From the NCBI RefSeq assembly GCF_009914755.1, contig NC_060947.1: a DNA stretch of 64,000 nucleotides; one strand, given 5' to 3'. A program made the position numbers and the translations under genes. The notes beneath the pieces are model-generated. The model worked only from the letters and a program-made list of their open reading frames with translations. It had not been told where the DNA came from and did not search any database. The stretch is from the human T2T-CHM13v2.0 reference genome, Homo sapiens. Positions 1-19,400 of this stretch are shown here, one piece after another (within the stretch, counting starts at the first letter, position 1; every line of letters starts with the position of its first letter).

Positions 1-609
1 ATTTATTTTTATATTGTTCAAATCATAGAGTCACACAGCTACATAAATAATCAGCTACATAAATAATCAGCTCATTACAAGCTCGATGTCAATTAATGTA
101 AGTGATTAAAATTCAATTGTGCGGTCAGTAGTTTTGATTATAACCATTATGTTTACAATAGATGGAAAAAAAAAGAAATAATATTTTCAAATGTATGCAT
201 ATCCCATAAGATCAACTTTTATCTTGCCACTTACTATAACTGAGTCATTTGTGAAATAGCAAACAAATTAGGCTAACTAGGAGCTGTTGACAAATGAAAA
301 ATGAGAGCAAAATTGTAGAGTCTATGTAAATGGGGCTTAACTTCCAGACGAAAGTCATATAAAAACATTCAGTCATTTGTATATTTCTAAATATTCCAAC
401 GTTTTATAAAAGCAGCTAACTATAGATCTTATACAGCCACCATAGCGTAGCATAAACTGCTAAATGCCAAATTTCAATTAATAATGAAGTAGTGGGTGCC
501 TGATGTAATTAGAGAGTCCTAGGCCATTAGATCCAGGGTCTGGGCTCAGTTCTAGGATAAACAAGCTGAATTTGACTTTAGTCAAGTTTTAGACGTAAAT
601 TGCCAGAGG

Positions 610-750
610 TAAAAGGGCCTTACAGATCAGCTAGCCAAGTCCTGCATTATAGTTAAGGAAACTGAGGCTCAGAGAGGTAAAGTGACTAAGCCACAATCAC
701 ACATATAGTTAATGGCGGGACCAGAACCAGAATCAGTGCCTCCAACACCC
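610..750 (+). mobile_element. MIR SINE
   Basis: gaaactgaggctcagagaggtaaagtgact core. Confidence 0.7.
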
Positions 751-1245
751 AGTCTCAGACTCTGGTTCCTGCTCCATTTCTCCTTGAGAATGATTCTTCA
801 TTTATATGATGAGGACAACCGTCTATATTTGCTTCCTACTCATGGAGGTACTGGGATGATGACTGGAAATAACTGGCGTGAGTGATGCATTTTGTGACTT
901 GGACAGTGTTCGTGTTCTGTGTTCAGACAGTTATGATTATGGAATAGTCTTGTTTTTGTCTTGGCCCCATCATAGTCTGCTTTTATTTAAATGAATTCAA
1001 TGAAATAACGAAGTCTTTGAAGGGTGGGTGCAGTATTAAGCAAAATTCTTTTGCCTGTTTTTAGAAATTCTCCCAATGCTACGGGTTTTAAGCAAGTAGT
1101 ACACACACTGTGTTTCTCGGTGGAAACAGTATTGGCATTTGAGGTAGAACAATTTTTCCCCAATGTAGGGTTGCCTTCCCCACACTGCAGGATATAAAAT
1201 ATACACTTGGCCCCTGGATACTCAATGGTAGCAGCACCTCCTGGT

Positions 1246-1936
<691 letters not shown>

Positions 1937-2019
1937 CTCCTGATCATTGTGACAACTCAAAACACCTCCACATATTTCCAAATACCTTGCTAGGTTGAGA
2001 ATCTCTGAAATATAGCCTG

Positions 2020-2920
2020 ATTTTTCTCACATAACTACAAGTCCAAAGAGAGGCAGCCTGGGCCTTAAACAGTGGCTCCATGATGCCAACAAGGACCTAG
2101 GTTTCCTTTATCTCTGTCATGCTCACAAGATAGCTGCTGTGCCCTAGGAATTATGTCCTAGTGTAACCGCACCAGACTAATCTAGTTCAACTTTTATAAA
2201 ACAAAATCGTGAGTTGTTTTTCAGTTGCCGTGGACCCCAGGGTTGAAGGTCATACAACCCGAGCATGCCCAGTTGAACCAAGTGTGCACAGGTGAAACCT
2301 AAGTGCTTGGACCAAGGAACAGGGACTGAATTAAGAAGTGGACCCCATATGGCAGGATCCAGGAACCAAAGAGATCGTGCTCTGGTGTCACCCCATAGCA
2401 GGATCCAATCAGATTATGCCTCCCAGCATCACCTCATTGCAAGATGCAATCAGATCACACCTCATTACACTATGCTTATAAAACCCGACCCAGCCCCCAG
2501 CTCCAGGAGACAGATTTGAGTGTTTCCTCCTGTCTCCTTGCCAATCAACTCAATAAACCTTTCTTGCTGCAAAAACCTGGTGCTTTGGCGTTTGGCTTTC
2601 CCTTGCATGCAGGTAAATGGACCCAGTTTGGTTCGGTAACACTAGTTCCAGACAGGAAAAACAAAAGGAGGGCAAAGGGTAGGAAAATCATACCTGCTGA
2701 GCCTGTTTTCATTAGAAAAATAGTAACTCTCCCACGAGCCCCACCCAATAAATCTTAATGCATATATCATTGGCCAAAAGTGAGTCATGCGGCCAGCCCT
2801 AGCTGCAAGGAGCCTGGGGAGGTAACACATTTAAGTGGGCACAATTCCAGCCTGCATAAAACCGTTCTGCCTATAAGAAGGAAGGGTAGAATGCATAAAG
2901 GATAAACAGCTAGAAGTGTC
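2020..2920. mobile_element. MLT1-type MaLR LTR interrupted by a younger LTR
   Basis: cattggccaaaagtgagtcatgcggccagccctagctgcaagg motif typical of MLT1. Confidence 0.5.
2162..2641 (+). mobile_element. Solo ERV LTR (family uncertain)
   Basis: TG...CA termini, 4-bp TSD ctag, TATAAAA at ~2477, AATAAA at ~2553, repeated GATCCAATCAGAT motifs. Confidence 0.8.
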
Positions 2921-3065
2921 TGCCGCAGGGGCCATGCGGGATAACAAATACTGGCTCCTTTTCATGATTGCAAAAGGCATTTTCTCTGCTTGTAATGTGA
3001 TAGTCTACTTGAGCAAGGCATTTTGGTGGTTGCTTTCAGAATTATGGATTAAAACCTGGAATGTT

Positions 3066-3534
3066 GTCTTAGGTTGGGGTTCCATAGAGGCAGAGCCTGA
3101 AACAGGGATTTTAGTGCATGTGATTTATTAAGGGCAGACTCTTGGGAGAAACCTGTAAGGGAGTGAGGGAAGCAGCAAAGGAAAGGGAAATGAACCGCGC
3201 AAGCAAGGATGCATTCTCAGGTCAAGTGTAGCCTTGGTCTGATGCACGAGGGGCTATGGAGCCTGAATCATAGCAAAGAATTATCCCCCCTTCAGGCAAG
3301 GAAGCTGACCTTTTTTTACCCTTGATAAATCAGTTATTAGCTGCCCCCTCTTAGGGGAAAGGGGCCAGTGTAACCTCTCAGGTGTCTCTGAGAGATGCAA
3401 CTCCCATCAGCCAAGAGCAAGTCTCCAGAGAGGGTTACAGGTGTGAGCTGTTTGTCAAACCATTTGTCACAGCTGGGGGTGGGGGATCACCACCCCAGCA
3501 TGGATCTGGGTGGGCACAAAGAGCATCTACTACA
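3066..3534 (-). mobile_element. ERVL LTR (LTR33/LTR16-like)
   Basis: tgtcttaggttggggttcc...gaggcagagcctgaaacagggatttt...tttatt start, ends in actaca. Confidence 0.55.
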
Positions 3535-3664
3535 AATATTAATTTTAATACACTTTCCAAAGAACTGTCTTTATTTTTACTTTGTATTATTTGAGAGTGT
3601 AATGCTAGATATATTGCTAGGATTAAAAGCTACTGGAAAAACTGGCAACAAGTTGAAAACGTCT

Positions 3665-6850
<3,186 letters not shown>

Positions 6851-8444
6851 TGAAAATGTCTCATTTTTAAGACAAATGATTAACAAGTGTTGACTTGTTT
6901 TTGTTGAACCGCTAATGTAGAAAGCGCTTTATAATTTGCTTGGGGTATTAACCAGGATCTAGTCTGTAGTTCACAGTCTCATCAGAGCACGTAAATATTT
7001 CAGTCTTAGTGTCTCATTTAAAGCTCAATGAATATTTAATAGAAGTTGACCAACAAAATAACTGAAAGAATTATGTTGCATTTAGTTAGCCCTGAAATGA
7101 GCAAGCTCTTCGTTTACTCAAGTAGTCTGAAGCTAAAATTATTCCAGATTCATGAAATATTCTACATAAGTAATTAAAGGCCTGCAAAATAGGCTTGAAA
7201 GGCACATATTAAATATTGAGAAAAACATGAAATGACTTTTCGACTTGAAATGCAAGAGAATAGTTTAATATTAATACATTGTGGCCTACGATACTTATTC
7301 AGTAGTGGATTAGTTTAAAATATTGTCGATACCCTCTATTTTACATGAGGTAAAAATAGAATCTTTTCTTTGGCCCATGCAAAGTAAACATCCTATAAGA
7401 TTGAGAGTAACAGAAAACTATGCATAATCCACCCAAGTCAGTCAGCCCAGAATTGTTTTTGAGCTTTGGGTCCAGCACTGAGCCAGGTACTGAAAATAAT
7501 CCAAGAAAAGAATATTGGCCCATGTTGAAAGGAGAAATGGTTTCCCAGGAAGGAAGCCTCCCTGTGGTCTGTTAGATCACTATAAGTGTCAGAACTAGGC
7601 TTCAAAAAAAAATGTGCACTCTAATTGATCTACCCTATCACAGATGACATGGGGATGTGTCAATTTGAGGACATTTTAATTAGAATCAAAGTACTGCCAA
7701 CCAATCCATGTTAAAAGCTGCTAAAAACCACCTGGTAAACTTAGCATGCTATGGTTTCAATTCTTTATCTAGTCCTGAACTATCTTTCAATTACAGGATC
7801 TAAAATAATCTAATAACTAGTTCTTTCTGGAGAACAGAACATTGGGCTGTGATACAGGGCTATCTGATAAACACAGCATATCCATATAGCTGGTCGCCTT
7901 TTCTTTCCTCTGATCTTAGCCTTTTTAAAAAATATTCAAATACATTCCTTTTTCTAACTGCCAATATGTCCATATGTATATGTGTGTGTATGTGTATAGA
8001 CATATACATTAAAAAATTCCAACTCTTGTCTAATAATGGCATCACTTCCTTTCACTATTCTTCTTGCCACATCACATTTTAGCCCTTAGGGATGGGGAAT
8101 CATTACTACGGTTTATTACTAATTAGTATGGAGAAAAGAAGAGAAGGCATTTTTCTATTCCTATTTAAAGCCACATTCAGACTCAAACACAATTATTTAG
8201 TCAATGGCAACTCAAAAGCAAAAGTGACAATCTGACGAGACTCTTAGTTTCTATAGGACAGATTATCCTGTCCAGTGAAGGAGATGAGAGAAAGGTTAAT
8301 AAGCATTAGCCAAGAAAGATAAACATTTGGCATTCTGCAACCAATGTGCCTGATAAAAAAGAGCAGAGCAAGAATGATTTTTCTTTGTTTAGGATACTTT
8401 TGTTCTTGAATTTATCTTTTCAGAAGAACTAACCTTAGTCAAAA

Positions 8445-8700
8445 GAAGCAAAATTTCACTTAGGAGGAATACGTTTAAGAGATCTATTGTATAACACAAT
8501 GACTATAGCTAATAACAATGTATTGTATATTTGAAAATTGTAAGACAATAGTGTTTTCATCACAAAAAAAGAGAAGCACATGAGGTAACGCATATGTTAA
8601 TTAGCTCAATTTAGCCATTCCATAGTGTATACATATTTCAAAACATCATGTTGTACACCATAAATATATACAATTATGTTTGTCAATTTAAACAAATAAA
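8445..8700 (+). mobile_element. L1M 3' end fragment
   Basis: aagagatctattgta...catatttcaaaacatcatgttgtacaccataaatatatac L1MA-type terminus. Confidence 0.75.
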
Positions 8701-8881
8701 GACAAAGGGAGAAACACTAAAAATAAAACACTAAAAATAAAGGCAATAATAAGTAGAAAAGGCAAAAAGAAAAAGAACTAGCCTTAACATTTACACTGAA
8801 GACTCCTACTTTCTCAAAACTAAATTATTTAGCATCTGTAAAATGCTAAGACTGCATTCCTCCCAGTGTCATGTGACTTAC

Positions 8882-9070
8882 CTGTTTATCAAAGGCTACC
8901 CATGATGGTACATCACTTCCATCTCCTTTAGGATATATGCTACATTTAGGCTTTATCTTTTGCCCCAGAAGTGGTTCTCCACCTATTCCAGGCTTTTCAT
9001 CACTCACCAACATCATAACATTGTTGCAAAAGCCCCAATGTTGGGATTTGTGAAACTTCTCCTTTCCCAC
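8882..9070 (-). CDS. EFHC2: EFHC2 coding exon 2 (189 nt, VGKEKFHKSQHWGFCNNVMM...SWVAFDKQ)
   Basis: Acceptor TTCACAG ends at 9071, donor GTAAGT starts at 8881; 63 open codons; the WVAFDKQ(V) motif leads into the first DM10 domain of EFHC/RIB72 proteins. Confidence 0.95.
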
Positions 9071-9852
9071 CTGTGAACATAAGAGACAACATAAAATAGC
9101 CAAAGTTACTCTTTATGACTTTTCTAACCTGTTTGTAAAATGTCAACACATTTTCTTACCATGTATTTTTCCCTCACAAAATGCAAATAAAGTGGCAAAT
9201 AATTATGATCAATCTTTATCCATAAAGTTGTGTCACATTCTTAAATTTAATTCATTTTAATCAATTCAAAACATTGAAAAGCAGTACACATAAACCTAAT
9301 GTTCCATGCTATATAAAACATTAAAAAATGACTGTTACTGCAAGTAAATATTTAGAACATTAGCTTGCTAATTGGTCTTTCCTACTTGTTTGCCAAGAAT
9401 GCAAACAGCAAAAAAAAAAAAAAAAAGAAAGAAAGAAAGAAAAAACTGCTCTGCTTCAGAATAAAAAGTGTATGTAACTGTTTTCCACAGAAGTCTAAAC
9501 ATTATTTTCACCAAAACAGAGAACAAAATCTTTTCCTCATTAAAGTAAATGTAACAGGAAATTCTTCAGAGCTGACATTCTCCTTTAATTGAAAAACCTT
9601 AACTCCCACCTTTTCTGGTGATCTGGAGAGAGAGGAGAAAGCACAGATACAACTACCAAGGGTTGGCAAGGACATGGCCAACATCAACATTTGTGCACTG
9701 CTGGTGGGAAGGTAAAGTAGGACAATCACTCTGAGGAGCGATGTGGCAATACGAGCAAAGAGAGAGGCATATATGTCCTATGGCCTAGCCAATCCACTCC
9801 TACAGAAGTATCTTGTCTTAGGCACAAGGAACTGCATATCAGACTATTGTTA

Positions 9853-10286
<434 letters not shown>

Positions 10287-10904
10287 AAATAGACAAATCT
10301 CAAAAACTGCCAGGCAAAAAATATAGGTAGCTGAAGTACACATAAAATTTCACGACACATATGTAAAGCTGGAAAATACTCGAAAAATACGGTAATATTT
10401 ATGGATAATACATGCATAGAAATGATAAGCAGCAAATACAAGATTATACAATGTTCATGATAATAAATGAACACTCATATGCCCCACAGCCCTGCATAAA
10501 AAATAAATACCTCAGAGATAACTGAAGCTTTATCTCAGAGCTCATAGCCCTGCCTCCCTTATCCAGAGGTAACCATTATCCTGAATTTGCTTCTTTAATG
10601 TTAGCACACTGCCCAGGACTGTATATAGCCAGGGCAATAGCCTCTTGCAAAACATGATGCCTTGGCAGAGAAGTCTGATAAGGTCAAAAATACCTCATTT
10701 CCTTTTGTGGTAAAGGCAGCCTGGAAGAATGAGGAAGGCCTGAGCAGCCCTCCCCAGGGGAGTCAGGGCCATAACAGCTGCCCTGGGCAGATAACAGCCC
10801 AGCTCTAGGGCTGGGAGAGGAAAGCTAGATGCAGTGGTTAGGATGGTGAGCTGTAGCTGGCTCTGTCCCTTAGGGAATCAATTGTCGCTACCTCCACCAT
10901 TCCC

Positions 10905-10968
10905 TCCACTCTCTCTCTCTGTCTCTCTCTCTCACACATACACACACACACACTTGCTCACACATACA
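10905..10968. repeat. (CT)n(CA)n microsatellite
   Basis: Seen directly. Confidence 0.85.
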
Positions 10969-11258
10969 ATCAGATTACCACAAGTCAGTCCCAGATCCCC
11001 ATAAAACAAAGCAAAAGTTGGGTTTCAGAAAATGAATCGTAGAATAATATAGAATTCAATAATGATATACTGTCTCCTAAAGCAAGTAACTCCGAGTAAT
11101 CACAAAGTCACCTCGAACCAACAAATGTTTCTTAAGTACTTACTATAGTCCTAACTTTGTGCCAAATATACGAGTTAAAATAAGCATAAGACTCAGCCCC
11201 TGCCCTGAAGAAAAAAACCCACAATCTTGCGGAGGAAGCAAGATTTAGATATATAAAA

Positions 11259-11682
11259 TGATACCGTTTGGATGTTTGTCCTCTCCAAATCTCATGTTGA
11301 AATGTGATTCTCAGTGTTGGAGGTGGGGGCCTGGTGGGAGGTGATTGGATCGTGGGGGCAGATCTCTCATGAATGGTTTCACACCATCCCCTTAGTGATA
11401 AATGAGTTGTCGCTCAGTTATTTCACATGAGATCTGCTTGTTTAAAAGAGTCTGGGACCTCCCCCTTCTCTCTCTTTCTCCCACTCTCACCATGTGATAC
11501 ACTGGCTCTCCCTTTGCCTTCCACCATGATTGGAAGCTTTCTGAGGCCCTCATCAGAAGCAAATGCCAACACCACACTTCTTGTACAGCCTGCAGAACCA
11601 TGAGCCAATTAAGCCTTTTTTTTTTAATAAATTACCCAGCCTCACGTATTTCTTTATAGCAACACGAGAACAGCCAAATACA
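11259..11682 (+). mobile_element. MST-type MaLR solo LTR
   Basis: tgataccgtttggatgtttgtcc...aaatctcatgttgaaatgtgat...ccaaataca. Confidence 0.85.
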
Positions 11683-11704
11683 GCAAACAACTAGAAAACA
11701 GTAC

Positions 11705-11915
11705 AGCTACCATTTTTGACCGCTTACTATGAGCTGGATGCTTTACTAAGGGTTTTATATCTCATTTATTATCTCATTTCACTGTCACAGAACTGTTTTA
11801 GCAGTGTTATTACTGCCATTTTTCCAATGAGGAAACCAAGGCAGAGAGAGGGAGACTGGCCCACCCAAGCTTACACAGTAACTAGTGGAGCCTGCATCTG
11901 AACCTAAGATCATGT
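11705..11915 (+). mobile_element. MIR SINE
   Basis: atctcattt...atgaggaaaccaaggcagagagagg. Confidence 0.65.
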
Positions 11916-12886
11916 GACCCTAAGCTCTGGTAAGTGTATAGCTAAGTGTATGGCTGACTAGAGCCATACACTGATGTGCTGGAGTAGTAGTGTTGAGGTT
12001 CTGTGGATAACTGGATACTGTCTTGGGCCTGGAGGAATGAGATGAATTAGATAGGAGAGGAGAGGCAAGGATGTTCCAAGCAGGGTTAGGAGTGATGTAC
12101 TGCAGCTGAGCTGACAGCACCTAGGAGAGGGGCGAATCTGGTAAAAAAAGAAAGTCAAGGTCAAGTTTGGAAGGAGGGCGAGCTAGAGTAGAATATATAA
12201 GGAGGACTATATCATGAAAAGCCTCTCATGTAAATATCTTAAAAGTCTCCCTCATCAGGCCACTGGAATATTTACTAAAGCCTAATACCGGCCAGGCCCT
12301 ATTCTAGAGAGTATGGTATAAAGATGAAGTCACAGCCAGCCTTCCTTCCCCTGAGGAGCTTTCTCCACTACTCACAAGTTTCCTCCATGGATCTAGGTTT
12401 CCATAATCACATGGAAAAAGCCCTTGCCACCGTTGAAGGCCTCACTCAGCTACCTGTCCCCCAGAATTCCACAATTTGTTCATGTGTACCCTCCTCTTTG
12501 GTCAGACCACATCTTACAGCTTATAAGGTACCTTAATGTCTATTCAAAGTCATGTCCCTGGTCAGGCTATACTTCTACACAAACCCCTCTCCCCACCAAG
12601 GGTCAGCTCACATCCCACTACATAGTCATCCCTTCTACAAACATCTGGTGAGCATCCATTGGGTGCTAAGTTGTGAGAGACTTTGGGGACATGGCCTTGG
12701 GCAAGCCACAGCTCCCAACCCTAGAATAGAAGCCAGTCACTATGGCTCTGGATTTGGCAATGGGTTTCATACATGTGGCACCAAAAGCACAAGCAACAAA
12801 AGGAAAAATAAATTGGGCTTCATCAAAATTAGAACTGTGTGTCAAAGGATACTATCAAGAGAGTGAAAAAATCCATAGAATGAAGT

Positions 12887-13012
12887 TTGGGTGAGGTGGC
12901 TCAAGCCTGTATCCCAGCAACACTTTAAGAGGCTAAGCTGGGAGAATCACTGGGGCCCAGGAGTTCAAGACCACCCTGGGCAATAGAGTGAGATGTCATT
13001 TCTAAAAAACAG
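12887..13012 (+). mobile_element. Alu left monomer (FLAM-like)
   Basis: Monomer only. Confidence 0.8.
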
Positions 13013-13134
13013 AGAAACCCAGAGAATGACAGAAAATATTTGGAAATCATATAAGGGTCTATTATATAGAATATATAAAGATTCTCACAACTCAGCAAAA
13101 ACACAAACAATTGAATTTAAAAATGGGCAAAGGA

Positions 13135-13722
13135 TGTGGTAGACTGCCACAGTTACTACTTGAGACTGTCACCACGACAGTTACTACTTTTACTACTTAA
13201 GACCGTCATTACAACAGTTACTACTGTTAGTACTTGAGACCGTCATTACAACAGTTACTACTGTTAGTACTTGAGACCGTCATTACAAGAGTTACTATTG
13301 TTACTACTTGAGACCGTCATTACGAGACTGAACGAAGGGGGATGAACATAGAAATGAAAACTTAAGACAAAAGAAACTGTTTTAAAGGAAGGGTCCGGGG
13401 AAGAAGAGAGCTCCCTGCTTCTAGTGAGCAAAGGCAGCCCCCCTGAGCTTCCACAGCCCTTCGTATTTATTGGGTAGAATGAGTAGGGAGGAGGAGGTAA
13501 TGATTGGTCAGCTCCTTAATTGATCACAGGTTCATATTATTACTAACAGGCTTCTGATGTACCTAATCACAATAAACACTGCACTTGGGGCATAACTGCC
13601 CTCAGCATTCCTTCTGGGTGGCAGACGCAGTTTGTCAGTTTGCCAACATTCTGCATTTATGAGAAAGTTTGCTGTTTACTCATATAGCCTCCAGTGGTAT
13701 ACTGAGTTGACCACGACCCTCA
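13135..13722 (-). mobile_element. Solo ERV LTR (LTR18-like, tentative)
   Basis: TG...CA ends, AATAAA and CCAAT on the minus strand, internal tandem repeat. Confidence 0.65.
13150..13325. repeat. 37-bp tandem repeat, 4 full copies plus 1 partial
   Basis: Unit cagttactactgttagtacttgagaccgtcattacaa starts at 13178, 13215, 13252, 13289. Confidence 0.95.
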
Positions 13723-13818
13723 TTTCTCCAAAGAAGATATACAAATGGCCAACAAGCACATGAAAATATGTCCAATGCCATTAGTCATTAGGGAAATGTA
13801 AATCAAAAGTACAATGAA

Positions 13819-14110
<292 letters not shown>

Positions 14111-15316
14111 AATACATATATACATACATATACTGTGATAACGCTTCACATTCACTAGGGTGGCTATAATTTTTTTAAAATGAAAAATAAATGTTGGTGA
14201 GGATGTGGAGACATTGGAACTGTCACACCTTGCTGGTGGGGATGTACACTAGTATGGCTGCTGTGGAAAACAGTTTGGCAGTTTCTCATTAAGTTAAACA
14301 TAGAATCATCATATGATCCAGCAGTTGCACTTCTCAGTATATTCTCAGGAGAATTGAAAACATACATCCACAGAAAGAAACTTACACATAAATGTTCATA
14401 GCAGCATTATTTACAATAGCCAAAAGGTGGAAACATCCCAAATGTCTATCAGCTGATGAATGGTTAAACAGTTGTGGTATATCCATACAATGGAATGTTA
14501 TTCTGCCGCCAAAGGGAACAAAGCACTGATATCGTGCTACCATGTGGATGAACCTTGAAAACATTATGCTAAGAGAAAAAAGCCAGATACAAAGGGCCAC
14601 ATATTATATGATTCCATTTATATGAAATATACAAAATAGGCAAATTCATAGAGACAGAAGGCAGATTAATGGTTGGCAGGGACTGGGAGGAAGAAAGAAT
14701 GGGGAGTGACTGCTTACCGGGTACAGGTTTCCTTTGAAGTGATGAAAATTTTCTTGAAACAGTGGGGACAGCTGCACAGCGTTGTGAATGTACAAAATGC
14801 CACTGAATTGTATAATTTAAATGGTTAAAATGGTAACTTTTATACTTTGTATATTTTACCACAATAAAAAAGAAAACCCCAGCCAGCATGAGATTCACAC
14901 ACCACAAATGAGCTATATGATGACCAAGCCCAGGGATGGGCAGATTCATGAGGCCTTCTCTGACCACCAGCCCTTCGTCGTGTACATGCACCATAATATG
15001 TGCACATACTCGTGTTTGATTTGTCTCAACTAGATGACACATTTTTTAAACTCTGGGACCATGGTGTATATTTCTGCCTTTTTCTATGTCCCCTCACCAT
15101 CTAACATATTGCTGCAGATACAGGAAGCCCATAAAACTTGAGTGGTAGATTCACTGGTTGCCAAATTGAACATTGTGGTCTGGATCAAATAGGCAACAAG
15201 GAGCCATTAAAGTTTCCCGAGGGACACAGGGACAATATGAGGCAGCACGTCTGAAGACAGATCCACTAACAGTGGGCAGGGTGGGTTGGAAGGGGGAAGG
15301 TCTGAAGGCAAAAGAC

Positions 15317-15615
<299 letters not shown>

Positions 15616-16173
15616 ACAAAAGACTTTTAAAGAGGCCACTGCCATATCTTAACATGAAGATCTTCAACCAATCTTAAACTGAAACTGATTAAGCAAGCCA
15701 CAGCATGCCAACCCTTGCGCTGTCTCTGCACACAAACACCCGGGCCTCACTCTTTCCAGGGATGCCACCCTAGTTGGTAATGGAGACGATTTCAGAGGGC
15801 GCGCAAGAATGTTCATCTTCCTCTATCCTCTTCCTTTCGATTAAGGCAAGGGTGAGTCTCAATTTGGTAGTACTGACTATACCTCCCAAATACTTGCCTA
15901 TAAAAAAGAAAGCAGGCCTCAGGCTCCTAACTTTTTGTAGGCATCAAATCTAAAAACACTGTTTTGTTTTCATTTCTTTTTTTCTTACCATGACCTTCCA
16001 CTTAGATCAAATGATGTGGTTTTCATTTATGGTAAGGATATAAAGTTTCCCTTTTAAATATGTTTTAGTTTTCCAAAAGTGATTCAATTCACAGAGAGAT
16101 ATTAAGTAAATAATGGATCGGTTGGCATGTAGATACATTTTTTAAATTCCAAAGACAGCATGTATGCTTCTAA

Positions 16174-16632
<459 letters not shown>

Positions 16633-17229
16633 TGACCCTCAGGACCTGTGTCACATCCACAGTGTTCAGGAGCCTGGAGCAGAACAAGGGAGAAGGCACT
16701 GGGATTAACTGGCAGGCATAACAAAAGGGCTGGTAGTAGACTGAAGATAATTAGAAGGCTCTGGCCAGAAGACAGAGTGAAGTGGTGGGATAAAGCCATG
16801 CAACTAAGCAAACAAAAGTGACTGCAGTCAATTTATGATTTCCATATTCACGTGGGTCCTAACTGTCTCTCCTTGCAGTACTGGCTTACTTGTGTCCCTG
16901 ATAAGTCAGTGATCAACAGCATTAGCCTCTCCCTTCCATGGCCTCCTTTCAATGAACTCATAAAGACACTCAAGTCTTTCAACTCTTAGAGGAAGAAAAG
17001 CCTCCTTCAGTGCCCTTAGTCTTGCTTTCGTTACCATCTTGACTCCCTCCCATCCTCTATCTTCATGTTTCACGAAACAGTAGTCTGCAGTCACCGAGAG
17101 TCCCTTCTCCCCTCCATTCACTCCTGCACTCTGGATTATCATACAACCTCCCCTGTTAGGCCTTACCTTGCAGGACACCACATTATTCTGGTGTTTGAAA
17201 GGTCTAGAGTCCTCTAACTTGAGACATGA

Positions 17230-18130
17230 GGTTAAGAGTATAAACAGGGGCCAGTGCCTTAGAGGTTTAAGGAACACTGGATTTTGTTTTGAGCAGGGCA
17301 TAGAAAGGATCGCTCTGGCCACAATACAAAGAACTGGGGATATTGCAATAGTCCAGGCAAGAAATGATAGTGGCCTAGACCAGGTTAATAGAAGTAGAGA
17401 CAGTGGAAGTGATCAAGTTCTGTATGTATCTTGAAGGTAGAACAAAAAGGATTTACCAATAGATTAGATGTAGGGTGTGGAAAAAGAGATGAGTTATTAA
17501 CAACCCCAAGTATTTTGGCCTGAACAACGAGAAGAATGGAGTTTTAGGTGCTGGGATGTAGAATGGTGGGAGAGAACTTAAATGAGAATTCTGGAGGTAG
17601 GAGGCAGGCACAGGAGTCCAGAATTCTATTTTGGACATGTTACATTCAAGATACCACTCAGACAAGCAAGTAGAAATGTGGACTAGCAGGTGGATATGGG
17701 AGTCTGAAGTTCAAGCAAGAAGTCGAGGCTGGATATAAAAATTTGATATACATCAGTTGATGGATGGTATTTAAGGCTACAGTGCTGGAATGAATGATGA
17801 TAGTGCAGAAAAGAAGTCCAAGACTGAGCTTTAAAATATCCCAATGTTACGTGATCAGGGAGATGGGGTAGAATTAGCAAACAAGACTAAAAAGGGGCAG
17901 CTGGTAAGATGGGAAGAACACCAGGAGAGTTTAGTATCATGGAAACTACCTAAAGAAAGCATTTGAAGGAACACGTGACTAACTGTGTTAAATGCTACTA
18001 ATAATTCAAATGAAGACGAGGCTTGAGACTTGACCCCCTGATTTGGCAACATGGAGGTGGCTGGTGACCTTGACGAGAATGGTTTCAGCAGAATCATGGG
18101 GACAGAAATAGCTTGTGAACCATATGGCTC
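17230..18130 (-). mobile_element. L2 LINE fragment
   Basis: gcaatagtccaggcaagaaatgat, ttttggacatgttacattcaagat, tttggcaacatggaggtggctggtgaccttgac. Confidence 0.75.
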
Positions 18131-18839
18131 TTTGAACAGCTCTAGGTAAGGTATTGCAAATCAAAACTCTTGAGTTTCTAGTATTTATAATTTCCTTAAA
18201 ATAACCCAAGCTCAGAAAAATGCAAGAAATAAATAAAAGATCATCTAAATGTCATCTCTTAAAGTCTTCTCTGACTGCCAGAGGCAGAACATTCTGTTCC
18301 TGCATAGATCTTCTATTAAAGTCTGGAAGGTTACCCTCTCTTTAACTATTTAGGAACTTACCCTTTCCCCTCCCCCACCCCCAGCTGTATCACCAGGGCC
18401 AGGCCAAGTGCCTAGAACAGAGAATAAAATGTTTTCTAAAAAATAATACACGTGCTCCTTGAAAGGGCAGCAGTGGTACAGACAAACAATCTCACAAGGT
18501 TCATTCTTGATTCATTCATTCTATACCCATAATTCCTGTACAGCCATCACTGTACTCACCATATTATACTATAGTTTCCTGTTTATATACTTGCATCTTA
18601 TACTAGGCTTTGTACTTTCTGACAGTAAGGACTATAGGGCCTTGCACATAGTAGGTGTTCAATGAGCATCTATCGAATGAATAGAACATAAGCTGTGGAT
18701 TATTTTCAAACAATCAGATATTGTCAGCTGATCTTTCCCTGTTCATGTTACCTGGCTTAGACCCCCTTAAATCTAATAATCAAACATTTGGAATGGAGAG
18801 CAGCACCAGGGAGTAATAGGGTCATAAAGGATAGGACAG

Positions 18840-19030
18840 GAGACCTGGCATCAGAAGCCTGGCATTCACCTTCCAGCTTTGCCTCTATGGGTCATGTGAT
18901 GCTGGAGCAGTCACTTTACTTCTCCAGAGGCTTGCCATGTCTAAAGTGAGAATAATAATACCTGCTTCACGAGACAGTGGTTAGGACTAAGTGAGAGAAT
19001 ATCTGTGCCTGTGCCTGCCTGTTAGCATTT
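18840..19030 (-). mobile_element. MIR SINE
   Basis: MIR-like core (gagaataataatacctgcttcac). Confidence 0.55.
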
Positions 19031-19116
19031 ATTATTTTGTTTTCTCAAGAGGAAGGACTTGGTATTGGCTTTTAGAGAGAACTGAGTCAGAGCTCCAATA
19101 AAAAGGGACCAAGTAT

Positions 19117-19400
<284 letters not shown>

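Noticed and set aside
13150-13325. CRISPR-like array of 37-bp repeats
   Set aside because: Units are head-to-tail with no unique spacers, lie inside an LTR in primate DNA, and no cas genes are present
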